Shown here piece after piece: positions 38,683 through 52,000 of a stretch of 64,000 nt of DNA. The stretch's first letter is position 1; every line of letters starts with the position of its first letter. The notes under the pieces were generated by a model that searched no databases, was not told where the DNA came from, and was given only the letters and a program-made list of their open reading frames with translations. The stretch spans positions 89,280,001 to 89,344,000 of the forward strand of contig NC_042999.1 in assembly GCF_006345805.1 (NCBI RefSeq), in the 5' to 3' direction. The stretch is from Octopus sinensis. Its lineage: Eukaryota. Both the position numbers and the translations under genes were made by a program.

Positions 38683-38886
38683 ATATTATATATAATATAT
38701 ATATATATATATATATTATATATAATATATATATATATATATACACATATATATATGATTGATTGATTCTAGTTTCAGCTTATGAGCTGTGGCCATGCTG
38801 GGGCACCGCCATATATATATATATATATACATACATATTATATATATATATATATAATATATATATATATATAATATATATTATAT

Positions 38887-38939
<53 letters not shown>

Positions 38940-38940
38940 T
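38470..38940. repeat. Long interrupted (TA)n microsatellite block
   Basis: Direct inspection. Confidence 0.95.
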
Positions 38941-39054
38941 TCATTAATGAGAATCAATATTCTCCATATAGAATGCACTTCTTAGTTCCCAAGACATTTA
39001 AACTTGTGCGGGTATAGAAGTAAATGTAGGGATAAGCAAGTTAGAAAATGAATA

Positions 39055-39270
39055 TATCTTCTTTTCTACTCTAGGCACAAAGCCCGAAATTTTGGGGGAG
39101 GGGCTAGTCGATTAGATCGCCTCAGTACGCAACTGGTATTTAATTTATCGATCCCGAAAGGATGAAAGGCAAAGTCGATCTCAGTGCAATTTGAACTCAG
39201 AACGTAAAGATAGACGAAATACCGCTAAGCATTTCGTGCGGCATGCTAACGTTTCTACCATCTCGCTGCC
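39055..39270 (-). mobile_element. Full-length Meta-core-like SINE (alternative-tail subfamily)
   Basis: Head, B box, core and GGCTTTGTGCCTAGAGTAGAAAAG tail on the minus strand. Confidence 0.9.
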
Positions 39271-39665
39271 TTATATAATTTATATATTGATCTGTCTAAC
39301 CTGCTTATTCCTTCATTTACTTCTACAAATATATATATATATACATACATATTTACATACATATGTATACATACACACTCGCGTGCGTGCACACACACTA
39401 ACACAATGAGCGTTCACATACGACATTCCCTCACAAAGCATTCGTGGGCCCGGGGCTGTAGCAGAAGACACTTGTCCGGAGTGCTGTGCAGAGGGGCTGA
39501 ACCCCGAAATCACGTGGAGCTTAACTACGGCACTTAACCATATATGTGTGCGTTCATACATGCATTTATGTATATATGCGTGCATGTTTGTATGCATGTA
39601 TGTGTGTGTGATTATTATTAATAATTTAACGCATGCGTGCACACACATATACATACACACATAAA

Positions 39666-39895
39666 AACATGGCTATATATTCTGAGTATTCTAACAGATC
39701 ATAATGTGATCCTTATATTGTCCTTTGTACACCCTGATGATTTTCCATCCAAGGTATTTTAAAATGCAAAATTATATATCAATATATATTTTGTAGCTAT
39801 AATTTTGTTTGTTAACTGAAACAATTGTAGGTGAATATGTTAACTAATTAATACATTAATTTGTATGTATTATATCTCTCTGTTTTCAAGCTTAA
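39666..39895 (+). mobile_element. ~230-bp AT-rich interspersed repeat (MITE-arm-like)
   Basis: Homologous to 58480-58710 (+) and 57641-57872 (-). Confidence 0.7.
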
Positions 39896-39961
39896 TAAAA
39901 TACATACGCATACACACACACACACATATCTGTAAATGTAATATGTGACAATTATTCGGTA

Positions 39962-40032
39962 GCCATGATAAAACTCCGAGTTTCGGATGCCGAGGTTGAA
40001 ATCTACGCCGTCATCTCTTCAGTTATCCGGCC
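39962..40032 (-). ncRNA. Near-canonical type-I hammerhead ribozyme
   Basis: GATAA-CTGAAGA-GATG-(22 nt)-CATC-C-GAAA-CTC-G-GAG-TT-TTATC: stem I GATAA/TTATC extendable by GGCC/GGCT, intact CUGAAGA and GAAA, GUU triplet with predicted cut at 39972/39971. Confidence 0.75.
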
Positions 40033-40261
40033 ATCGGGAAAATGGTATGAAAAATGACCGTTAGACAAAGGGAAATTACTGTGTGATTGACCGTTATTAA
40101 GACAAAAGAGCTATTTGAATGACCGCTAATGTCTTACTATTTTTACCAAGATATATATATATATATATATTTGTACACGTGGGGCGGTAGGGGAGGTGCT
40201 GCATTAAATGAACCTGTTGCTAATTTTTCATATAAACGATAACGTATGTATATCAAAGTGC

Positions 40262-40306
<45 letters not shown>

Positions 40307-40314
40307 TATATATG

Positions 40315-40345
<31 letters not shown>

Positions 40346-40810
40346 TATATATATATTGTATATATTCATATACGCATGTGTGCACATGTGTATTTGTGCT
40401 TAAACGCCCGCGCGTGTTTGTGTGTGTAAACATACACTTGCATTTACAAACGAGCTTCATGTCTGCTTGCCAAGGGAAAACAATCTGCGAAAGTGTAGTG
40501 CGAATTAGGAGATAAGAAGAGTGTTAGTACTTCAAGGTTTAAGGAACAATTGCGCTCAACATATATCTTAGCTCTTTTGACGATCTCTAAGAGTTGTTTC
40601 AAGAAGCTTTACCTAACAACCAGAGCATACCATTGGCTGCTTAGCACTAAGGAAATAATAAGCAATCTGAACAACTCTGAATCGATGGAGATAGATATAT
40701 TTCTCACAGCAGAACTATAGCTGCTGCTGGTTCTGGTGCTGGGGCTGATCCTACTAGATAGATAGAGAGAGAGAAAGAAAGAGAGAGAGAGAGAGAAACT
40801 CACACACACG

Positions 40811-40871
<61 letters not shown>

Positions 40872-41022
40872 ACATGAATATATATGAAAAGTAACAAGCA
40901 TAATGAGAATGACGCCAGACGACCATTGTAAAATTCATTAGATAGATAGCAGCCCTAGAAGAGACAGATTCCAGCATTTATATCTACATTGACCCATTTA
41001 CGAGTAAAGTCTTACAAACATA

Positions 41023-41095
<73 letters not shown>

Positions 41096-41315
41096 TCATA
41101 CACGCACGTACATATACATACATATATATATACGCACACACACAACAACGTTAAAATATAATTCCAACAGCTTTTTAATTTATCATTTCTCTATGATCTT
41201 CAGTGTCTAGACAGTTGTTTTTACTCTGATATATTTGGTAGTTTTAAAGCATTTAAATGCATAACAACATTTCTCAACTGTCCTATAATTTAACGAATCT
41301 GGTTATTGCTTACTT

Positions 41316-41398
41316 CATACATACATACATACATACATACATACATACATACATACATACATACATACATACATACATACATACATACATACATACAT
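41316..41398. repeat. (TACA)n microsatellite
   Basis: Direct inspection. Confidence 0.95.
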
Positions 41399-41400
41399 GT

Positions 41401-41510
41401 GAAGGCGCGTGGCCTAGCGATTATGCTGTTGCACTTGGAATCATCTGATCGTGTGTTCGATTCCCAGACCGGGCTGAGCAAAGCACTTCATTTCACGTTG
41501 CTCCAGTCCG
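41401..41510 (+). mobile_element. V-domain SINE 5' part
   Basis: GAAGGCGCGTGGCCTAGCG head, GTTCGATTCC B box, CACTTCATTTCACGTTGCTCCAGTCC. Confidence 0.75.
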
Positions 41511-41648
41511 CTTTTGATCAAAGGAGAATGTTGGCCTGCTCTTCTAGCTAAAGGAGTGTCGTCATTCGGTGGATAAAACGATGCAAAGCGCATTGCCACC
41601 AGCGATGCACAACATCTGATAGTCTGGTCGAGCACACGGTCATGTGAC

Positions 41649-41693
<45 letters not shown>

Positions 41694-41699
41694 TATTTT

Positions 41700-42185
<486 letters not shown>

Positions 42186-42194
42186 CACATATTT

Positions 42195-42390
42195 ATTTCA
42201 AGTTTTGGCACAAGGCCAGAAATTTCTGGGCAGGGGTAAGTCGATTACATCGACTCCAGTACTCAAGTCGTATTTATTTTATTGGTACCGAAATTATGAA
42301 ATGCAAAGTCGACCTCGGTGGAATTCGATCTCAGAACGTAAAGTCGGACGAAGTGCCGCTAAGCATTTTTTCCGATGTGCTAATGATTCT
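42195..42390 (-). mobile_element. Meta-core-like SINE
   Basis: Core and tail homology; further fragments at 42565-42770. Confidence 0.8.
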
Positions 42391-43388
42391 GCGACATCAT
42401 TATTTTCATTATAAGTTTACATATATTAATGGTAGTTCCTCAAGTTCGAGCAAAGGCGGCTCTACAATTTCCTGGTGAATAACCTGCACATTGGTTTGTT
42501 TATAACGATCAAATTTCCTCCATCAATTCCATACTATACCACACATTAGATGTTGAAGTGATCGCAGACCCCGAAAGGATGAAAGGCAAAGTCGACCTCG
42601 GCGGAATTTGAACTCAGAACGTAACTGCAGACGAAATACCGCTAAGCATTTCGCCCGGGATGCAAACGGTTCTGACAGCTTTAATGTAAATAAGTAATCC
42701 TTTTTACTGGAAGCACAAGGATTCAAATTTTGGGAAAGGGATTAAATCGATTACATCGATTAAAGATTAAAGATTAAAGATTAAAGATTCGGATCTCCGA
42801 TTTTAATAAATTCCCATAAAAAAAAAAAAATTTTAATTCTCACATTTGATCCCTGAGATTGTAAAACAGATGGGCTGGTCATACCTGGGATGCCTTATAT
42901 TATACGTCTTATTGATCAGAAATGACCTGAAAGATCAAACTACAACAATAAACATCTTTATGTTATTCTTTCTGCCTACATCACTTCCTTCTCTCCCACT
43001 CTGTCTCTCACTCTCTCTCTCTCCCACTTTCTCTCTCTTTCTCTCTCTCTCTCTTAATTGTATGTTTATCTTCTTTAGGCAAAACAGTAGAAATAGCCAG
43101 CAGGTGTAGTAGTGAAAATGAGAGAGAGAGGGAGAATAAGAGAATAAAACAGGCAGTCAAAGCTAGAATGATACAGTTTTACTTTTATTTCCATAAGATC
43201 CTTTAATTAAATAAATAGAAACATAGTCCTTCCCCTACCACACCAGTTCAACGTTCTTTTCAGCTTTCGTGTTTTTTTATTCTAGGACACTTCTTTTCCT
43301 TATTATTTATTTTGCTCCGTCCCACTCTCTCCCTCTCTTCTCCGCCACTACGCGTGTATGTATGCAGGTTTCTCTTCTGTCATTCACA

Positions 43389-43508
<120 letters not shown>

Positions 43509-43660
43509 TCTTTATATATAAGTGTATGTATAAATGTGTATGTGTATGCGCACGTAAATATAATATATATAATGCAAATGTATAAATCTGTATATATGTA
43601 TCTCTCTCTTTCTTTCTGTCTCTTTCCTTCTCTCTCGCTTTCTCTCTCTCTCTCTTTCTA

Positions 43661-43713
<53 letters not shown>

Positions 43714-43750
43714 TATATATATATATATATATATACATATATACACACAC

Positions 43751-43781
<31 letters not shown>

Positions 43782-43786
43782 ATATA

Positions 43787-45943
43787 TATATGTTAATAAA
43801 ATAGAACATATGCATATATATAAACATATATGTACGTACCTACCTCTACATGTACATATACACGCATATATGTGTACAGGACACCAAAAGACGTCGAACA
43901 CATAGAGAGACGAAAAACATAGACACAAACCAATAAACAGGACAAGCAAAAAGAAAAAAAGAGATACAGGACAATAAGCACAACGAAAAATCCCCTTCTT
44001 CAGTCGCTAAGGTTTCATCTACTCTACGTTTCGAAGGATAAAAGCGAGACGTATACTTCGAAGAAACTTCCTTCCTGCGAAAAGCAAATCAATTAAAATT
44101 CTGAGATCTTTTCGCAGAGGGGTAAAAAATGGTAAAAAAAGCAAGACGGTAACGACAGTACAAACATATAAACAGTAAAAAAAAAAATTATATATAAACA
44201 GTTGAAAAATAAATATATAACAGTGAGAGACAGGACAAGGAGAACAAGATAAGAAGGGCTGTTTACGCCAGACGAAAAAAGTAATGCAAACGCAGGATTA
44301 TAGTGGACGACGAGAGAGAAAGAATGTCGACCAGTGGCCTTAAAAGGCGGGCGAGAAAAGACAGGATAGCAGTTACGACGGAAGTATCGTCGCAGATGGG
44401 CGACGGGAATGGGGGAGGAGGAGCAAGAGGAAGAGAGAGAAGAAGGGGAATGGTGCGAGGAGACCATGAAGAATGGTGAGGGGGAGAGAGAGAATGAAGA
44501 ATGAGAGAGAGAGGAAGAGACAAGTTAAGTGAGGGAAAAAGGACGAAAAAGGGAATGGGAGAGAAAGAAAGAAAGATGCAGAGTCGCGTGAGAGTTAATA
44601 TCAAGGCTAACTTGATAAACAGAACAATCTACTTAATAGGGTGCGTGCGTTTAGTCGTATAATATGTTAATAAAATAGAACATATGCATATATATAAACA
44701 TATATGTACGTACCTACCTCTACATGTACATATACACGCATATATGTGTACAGGACACCAAAAAGACGTCGAACACATAGAGAGACGAAAAACATAGACA
44801 CAAACCAAGGAACAGGACAAGCAAAAAAGAAAAAAAGAGATACAGGACAATAAGCACAACGAAAAATCCCCTTCTTCAGTCGCCAAGGTTTCATCTACTC
44901 TACGTTTCGAAGGATAAAAGCGAGACGTATACTTCGAAGAAACTTCCTTCCTGCGAAAAGCAAATCAATTAAAATTCTGAGATCTTTTCGCAGAGGGGTA
45001 AAAAATGGTAAAAAAAGCAAGACGGTAACGACAGTACAAACATATAAACAGTAAAAAAAAAATTATATATAAACAGTTGAAAAATAAATATATAACAGTG
45101 AGAGACAGGACAAGGAGAACAAGATAAGAAGGGCTGTTTACGCCAGACGAAAAAAGTAATGCAAACGCAGGATTATAGTGGACGACGAGAGAGAAAGAAT
45201 GTCGACCAGTGGCCTTAAAAGGCGGGCGAGAAAAGACAGGATAGCAGTTACGACGGAAGTATCGTCGCAGATGGACGACGGGAATGGGGGAGGAGGAGCA
45301 AGAGGAAGAGAGAGAAGAAGGGGAATGGTGCGAGGAGACCATGAAGAATGGTGAGGGGGAGAGAGAGAATGAAGAATGAGAGAGAGAGGAAGAGACAAGT
45401 TAAGTGAGGGAAAAAGGACGAAAAAGGGAATGGGAGAGAAAGAAAGAAAGATGCAGAGTCGCGTGAGAGTTAATATCAAGGCTAACTTGATAAACAGAAC
45501 AATCTTACTTAATAGGGTGCGTGCGTTTAGTCGTATAATATGTTAATAAAATAGAACATATGCATATATATAAACATATATGTACGTACCTACCTCTACA
45601 TGTACATATACACGCATATATGTGTACAGGACACCAAAAAGACGTCGAACACATAGAGAGACGAAAAACATAGACACAAACCAAGGAACAGGACAAGCAA
45701 AAAAGAAAAAAAGAGATACAGGACAATAAGCACAACGAAAAATCCCCTTCTTCAGTCGCTAAGGTTTCATCTACTCTACGTTTCGAAGGATAAAAGCGAG
45801 ACGTATACTTCGAAGAAACTTCCTTCCTGCGAAAAGCAAATCAATTAAAATTCTGAGATCTTTTCGCAGAGGGGTAAAAAAAGTAAAAAAAGCAAGACGG
45901 TAACGACAGTACAAACATATAAACAGTAAAAAAAAAAATTATA
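43787..45943. repeat. Tandem array of a ~875-bp unit (about 2.5 copies, near-identical)
   Basis: Unit marker TGTTAATAAAATAGAAC at 43791, 44665 and 45541; only a few substitutions and indels between copies. Confidence 0.95.
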
Positions 45944-45994
45944 TAGAAACAAATAATGCGTATGTGCGTCTATGTGTATGTGTGTGTGTGAGAA

Positions 45995-46054
<60 letters not shown>

Positions 46055-46708
46055 ACTGATGTCTATTTATTTATTTATCAAGCAGTCTATGAGTCGCAAT
46101 ATTCGCTTCCACAAATATTTTTTTAAAAGACGTCTTTGCTATTTTGTTACAATTAGTTTTTTTCAAATCAATTCTGTCACTGCTTCTTTCACTTGATTTC
46201 CCTCTAACCTCACCTTGGTCTTATGTAAGGGTCAAAACATCCATATAACGTGTAGGTTGAAGGTAAATAGTTGTAACAAAGTCTTGCTCTTTGTGATCTG
46301 TTGTAAAGGTAGCATTACTGTATTCTTTATTTATTCTTTGGCCTACCTCAATAATTGTATCAGTAAAATATGTTATAAAAGTCCCACGAGTTATTAACCC
46401 ATTAACTTCCATGTGGTGATTTTATATCTAAAATGGTTTTGTTTTGGTTGTTTTGCTTTTCGGTGTCCTTTCTTTTAAATTAAATTTCAGATTAACATTA
46501 GTATGATAGGCGTTAGCTCACACGGTTTGCTGTCCGTTTCACAGACAACACGTATTCGGTTTCTCTCCCCAATTAAGAGCTAGAAACCTCAGCCCCAAGG
46601 TAAAATCATACATAGCTATACAATATATAGCTATTTGTTTGTGTGTTTGTATGTTGAACGCTGAAAACACTAAATAAAATTGATAATATTTCCGGGGTTT
46701 TTTATGTC

Positions 46709-46745
<37 letters not shown>

Positions 46746-46791
46746 ATATATTTCTATTTTCTATTTTCTCTCCCTGTTTACTTCTGTGTTC

Positions 46792-46827
46792 CTTTATGTC
46801 GAAGAGCGTAGGCTCGAAACGTAAAAG
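46792..46827 (+). ncRNA. Minimal type-I hammerhead relic in a small interspersed repeat (46752-46915)
   Basis: CTTT-ATGTCGA-A-GAGC-GTAG-GCTC-GAAA-C-GTA-AAAG: stems I and II perfect, ACGT palindromic stem III, core with C3->A and A6->U. Confidence 0.55.
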
Positions 46828-46940
46828 ACTTTCTCACTCCCCGAGCGTTAAACTAATACATATGTTTGTTGTTTACACACCTGTCTCCGTTTTTTGTCTT
46901 TTTGTAACTTTTCGCTATAAATAAATAAATAAATAAATAA

Positions 46941-47050
<110 letters not shown>

Positions 47051-47574
47051 CGGGGTGTATGCATGTATGCATGTATGCATGTATATTGCATACGTAACAA
47101 TGTAAACCCATCCAACTAACATACTTAATGTAAAAATACCGGAAAAGACAAATAAACTGCCGTATTCGTCCTCAGATAATATCTCTTATCGACTTGCAAT
47201 GTTTACAAGCATAAACATATCAGTAACAGAAGAAATGTGTCTAGTGGCGGCGGTGAGAATGCTAGTTGCATGTTTTTGTCTCTTTGGTGTTAGTCAGTAA
47301 CACGTGCTCACTGTCAATCATATGCTAAGACAAAATCGTCTGCTACCGAAATAGGAAAAAAATCACTGATCGCTGATATGATTAGTTGCCCGGCTGAACA
47401 GCAATCCCTTATATGCAACAGAAGCAGTATTAGGTTAAAATAGCCATCTGTGTATTATACTTAATGCAAATTACATATAATTTAATCAGAATATCGAACT
47501 CATGACTGTGTTCATGTACTTATAGCAATACTAGCCATACTTTTCAATAGTGTAGCTAATAATAATACATCTTA

Positions 47575-47720
47575 ATAGGGCGGCGAGATGGGTGAATCAT
47601 TAGCACGCCGGACAAAATGTTTAGCGGTATTTCGTCCTTTTTAGGCTCTGAATTCAAATACCATGAGGCTGACTTTGTTTTTCATACTCTTGGAGTCTAT
47701 GAAATATGTACCAGTCGGGA
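47575..47720 (+). mobile_element. Diverged Meta-core-like SINE
   Basis: GGCGGCGAGATGGGTGAATCATTAGCACGCCGGACAAAATG head. Confidence 0.65.
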
Positions 47721-48069
47721 TCTTTTCTGTTGTTGCTACAGTTTTATATTTCTTTAAATTTTGTTCCAATTGGTTTTAAATTTGGTGTACTGATCTAGTT
47801 TTGAATGCTAATTATGAAAAAAGTTAATAGAGTTTAAAGTTTGCAAATGTTTAGTAATTTTAACCAATTAAAGGCTACAGACACATTGATGCCTGTTTCC
47901 GTAGTTACAAGCAAAGCTGTAATCTGCTTAAACCATATCAATGTGTATTTTCTATACCTGTGTATTTTCTTTGAAAAGTGCCTATTTTCTGACCCTCTGT
48001 ACTTCACTCCTGTCATTCTCACCTGTCTTTTTTTTTTTCTTTCTTCCTTCTGAGAAACGGATATTTTTG

Positions 48070-48300
48070 GTTGCCGTCCTGTCACTAAATCATTTTCATA
48101 ATTGTGAACCTTGTTTCCCCTGAAAATTTTTAACCTAAATAAAAGTATGACCGCAACCAATTCGTTTAATCTTTCTGGTATGACGGAGAAAGTGGAAACC
48201 GAGAAGGATACGGTTTCTTACTTTCAAGAAAAGGATATTATGCCTAAGAGAAAACTGTATAAAGAGAGGCTTACCACCACGTGTATGTTCTTTTAGCTTA
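48070..48300 (+). pseudogene. Possible Merlin/ISXO2-like transposase N-terminal remnant
   Basis: TEKDTVSYFQEKDIMPKRK weakly resembles a Merlin N-terminus; by-eye only. Confidence 0.2.
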
Positions 48301-48422
48301 TTTATTTTCTATGATAACGAGTCAAACGTTAAGTCTAAATCGTAACCCTAACGCATATTTTGTTTCTTTTACGTCAAAAAATTTTCTTGGGGATTTTTTT
48401 CGTTTTTAAATTATTTCCATCA

Positions 48423-48790
48423 AAGGTGTGGCTGTGTAGTAAGAAGCATGCTTCTCAATCACAAGGTTCCGGGTTCAGTCCTACTGCATGGCACCTTGGG
48501 CAGATGTCTTCTATTATAGCCTCGGACCGACCTTGTGAGGGGATTTGGTAGATGGAAACTGGAAGATGTTCATCGTATATGTGTGCGTGTGTGTGTGTGT
48601 GTCTTTTTGTCCGTGTTTGTCTCCCCACCTTCGCTTGACAACCGATATCTACGTCCCCGTAACTAAGGAGTTCGGCATAAGAGACCGATAGAATAAGTAC
48701 TAGGCTTGCAAAGAATAAGTCCTGGGATCGATTTGCTTCACTGAAAGCCTTTCAAATGACCGAAACATGTAAAAGAATAAAAGAATAAAA
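48423..48790 (+). mobile_element. Full-length OK-like SINE
   Basis: A box GGCTGTGTAGTAAG, B box GGTTCAGTCC, GGCACCTTGGGCAGATGTC, internal GT repeat, AAAAGAAT tail. Confidence 0.85.
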
Positions 48791-49224
48791 GAATGACTTT
48801 ATTCATTAAATTTACGAAAACTTCTTACAATTTTTGTCGTAAGTTTTCATTTTGTTCATTAAAAGTTGGTCATTAAAATGTATTGCTGCCATTTTATGAT
48901 AGACAGCCATCGCGCAAAAAATTCCAGCTTCCAAATCTTGCTTTCTGACTGGGTAAAATTTATCAAACTTTAAACCCCTGTAAATTTTTTCTAAAATTTT
49001 TCGGGAACCAATAAATAGCAAAATCGGATTCAGCATAAAAAAAACAAAAAAACTTACCAATATGCCAAATTTGAAAATTTTCACTTAATTATAAAATTTC
49101 GAAATCTGCGACAGCGACAGAAAGGACTCACCAGTCGCATACTGGTGTCAGTGCAATCGACTTACCCTCTAGCTCCGAAATAGCTGGCCTTGTCCCAAAA
49201 TTTGAAGCCAATATCAGATATTAT

Positions 49225-49390
49225 TATGGAGGCGAGCTGGCCGCATTGTTACCGCGTCGGGAAAGCGCTTTACGTTCTGAGCTCAAATGCCACCGGGGGC
49301 GATTTTGCCTTTCATCCTTTCGAGTGTCGATAGAATAAAGTACAAGTTGAACAGACTTGTACCAAAATTTGAAACTAAAGTTAGTAAGTA
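49225..49390 (+). mobile_element. Internally deleted Meta-core-like SINE
   Basis: GGAGGCGAGCTGG head, GATTTTGCCTTTCATCCTTTCGAGTGTCGATA core; an inverted fragment at 49130-49210. Confidence 0.7.
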
Positions 49391-49484
49391 TTAATCAATA
49401 AAACGATAAGAAATACACCTGTCTGAGAATCAGTCAGAAAATCATATTATCGGCGAATATAGATATATACAAACGTAGATGCTC

Positions 49485-49524
<40 letters not shown>

Positions 49525-49569
49525 GGGGTATAAACACGTTTACACAGACGCAGTAGCAAATATAAATAC

Positions 49570-49607
<38 letters not shown>

Positions 49608-49709
49608 ATATATATATATACATACATACAGGGAGACATACAGGCAGACAGACAGACAGACAGACAGACAGATAGGCTGACAGGCAGACAGGCAGACAGA
49701 CTGACAAAC

Positions 49710-49776
<67 letters not shown>

Positions 49777-50399
49777 CAGAAAATATACAAAGAAAAACCA
49801 AGCGTAAGTATACATCAATAGACTCTCTGCCTGTCTTAAATATATTATTAATAGATTGATTTTAAATATTTCAAACCAGATTTTAAGACTTTCAGCAAAT
49901 GTTAAAATTTGTTAGGAAAATGCTCACTACTACAATAATGCATTAAGAAAGAATGGGTTTAAAGAAAATATTTAATATATTCTCATTAGTATTATTATAG
50001 AATAAAACTACTAATTGTTAGATTATCCACTGAATAATATAAGGGTATATTTGACGGAAACTCAATCAAACAGAGGGATTTTAAAATTAAGAAAAAATTG
50101 CAATGATAAGAGTATAGTAATAAATTGAATAAATATAAATACTAACAAAAGTGGATCAATGAATTAAAACGTAATATTTAAAAATTGGGTATGTGTAGCA
50201 AACACACCTGGAAATAGTATTAGCATTGACTTTGAAGCCACGAGTAGAGCGTCTTCCTTTAATAATTGGGAGAATTATAGCAACAAATTAAAAAAGAATA
50301 CCATCATTAGTAATATAGAACATAAATGAAAAAACTACTTCTGAATATCCTAGCAAGGTTGAAAACAGTAAGATAATATAAATAGTATTATACCTTCAG

Positions 50400-51815
50400 T
50401 GCTGATATCAGAATGGAGTTCGGACTGAGAAAGTGTGGTGTGTTAGTCTTGAAGAGAGGCAAAATCAAATGTATGGTCGGGCTAACGATATCATCGGGGG
50501 AGGTTATGAAGCAGATAGAAGAAACGGGCTATAAGCACTTGGGGATTTGGGAAATGGATAAATTGATGGAGAAAGAAATTACAGTAAAATTTAAGGCAGA
50601 TTACTTGCGGAGACTGAGACTGATCCTTAAGTCGAAATTAAACGGACGGAATAGCATTGAAGCTAGCATCACCTGGGCGGTTTCACTCCTTAGATATGGA
50701 ACAGGGATAAATGCATGGAAAGTATATGAACTAAACAGCATAGACAAAAAGACAAGGAAGTTACCCAGTTACCCAGAAAGTAACACAAACTGTATGTAAC
50801 AAGAAAAAGAGGGGGAGAAGACTTACTGGATGTGAACAACATAGAATGGTATGTAAAAACTGCCACATAACCGCTATTATTAGAAGTAAAATGGTCAGGC
50901 TTGTGTAGGATGAAAGATTGCAAAGATAAAGAACTGTACAAGCAATTGAAAACGATTGAAACTGCTAACAAAGGTGGGTAAAGAAATGAATGCATGGTCA
51001 ATTTCATATGGATATTGAAGATAATTCAGACAGAGAAAAATATGGCTGTGGATGACTAAAAGTGATCTAAAACCGGAAACGGAGGCTCTAATATGTGCTG
51101 CCCAAGAACAAGCACTAAGAACAAATTACATAAAATACAGAATAGACAACACATCAGAAAGTGATAAGTGCAGAATCTGTGGACAAAACGGTGAAACCTT
51201 ATGGTATATTACCAGCCAATGTACGCCACTAGCCCAGAAGGTATATAAGAGACGCCACGACAATATAGCCAGGCCTGTCCATTGGATACTTTGTAACAAG
51301 TATTGTCTTGACAGGCCCCAAAATTGGTACGACCACAAACCCGAAGGCATCATCGAAAATATAAATGCAAAGATTCTATGGGATTTATGATTCAGTGCAA
51401 CCATGAGATAGAGAATAGGAAGCCAGACATAGTCTTAATTGAGAAAGAAAACAAACTAGGCTGGATAATAGATATAGCATGCCTAGAAGACAACAGGGTA
51501 TGCGAAGAGGAAGAAAGAAAAGTCGAGAGATATGACAGGTTATCTTGGGAGGTTAAGCAGTTGTGGTCGATGAAAAAGATAGTAGTAGTACCAATAATTG
51601 TCGGAGCTCTGGGAACAGTGAGCAAAAATTTTGAGATGTACATGAAACAAATAGGGGCTGCAGTAAGGGTGGAGCACTTGCAGTAAACAGCACTGCTTGG
51701 AACCGCTCGAATACTCCGGAAGGTGCTCGGAAAATAAGAGGTGTTACTTTAGTTCACAGGTAGTGAACAGCTGACACCGTAGTACATCTCCAGCGTTAGA
51801 AGCTGTGCAAAGTCA
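50400..51815 (+). pseudogene. 5'-truncated R4/Dong-type RLE LINE (RT C-terminus, CCHC finger, PD-(D/E)xK endonuclease, 3' UTR)
   Basis: MEFGLRKCGVL, YKHLG, KSKLNGRN, AAQEQALRTNY, CRIC..ETL.YITSQC..RRHDNIA, RKPDIVLIEK, IIDIAC, PIIVGALG; frameshifted; followed by (GAA)n and (AAT)n. Confidence 0.92.
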
Positions 51816-51921
51816 AGAAGAAGAAGAAGAAGAAGAAGAAGAAGAAGAAGAAGAAGAAGAGAAGAAGAAGAAGAAGAAGAAGAAGAAGAATGATGATGAT
51901 GCGGATAATAATAGTAATACG

Positions 51922-51979
<58 letters not shown>

Positions 51980-52000
51980 TAATAATAATAATAATAATAA
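51816..52000. repeat. (GAA)n then (AAT)n microsatellites
   Basis: Direct inspection. Confidence 0.95.

Noticed and set aside
48812-49084. 90-aa minus-strand ORF
   Set aside because: AT-rich, MITE-like sequence with no recognisable domain or codon bias.
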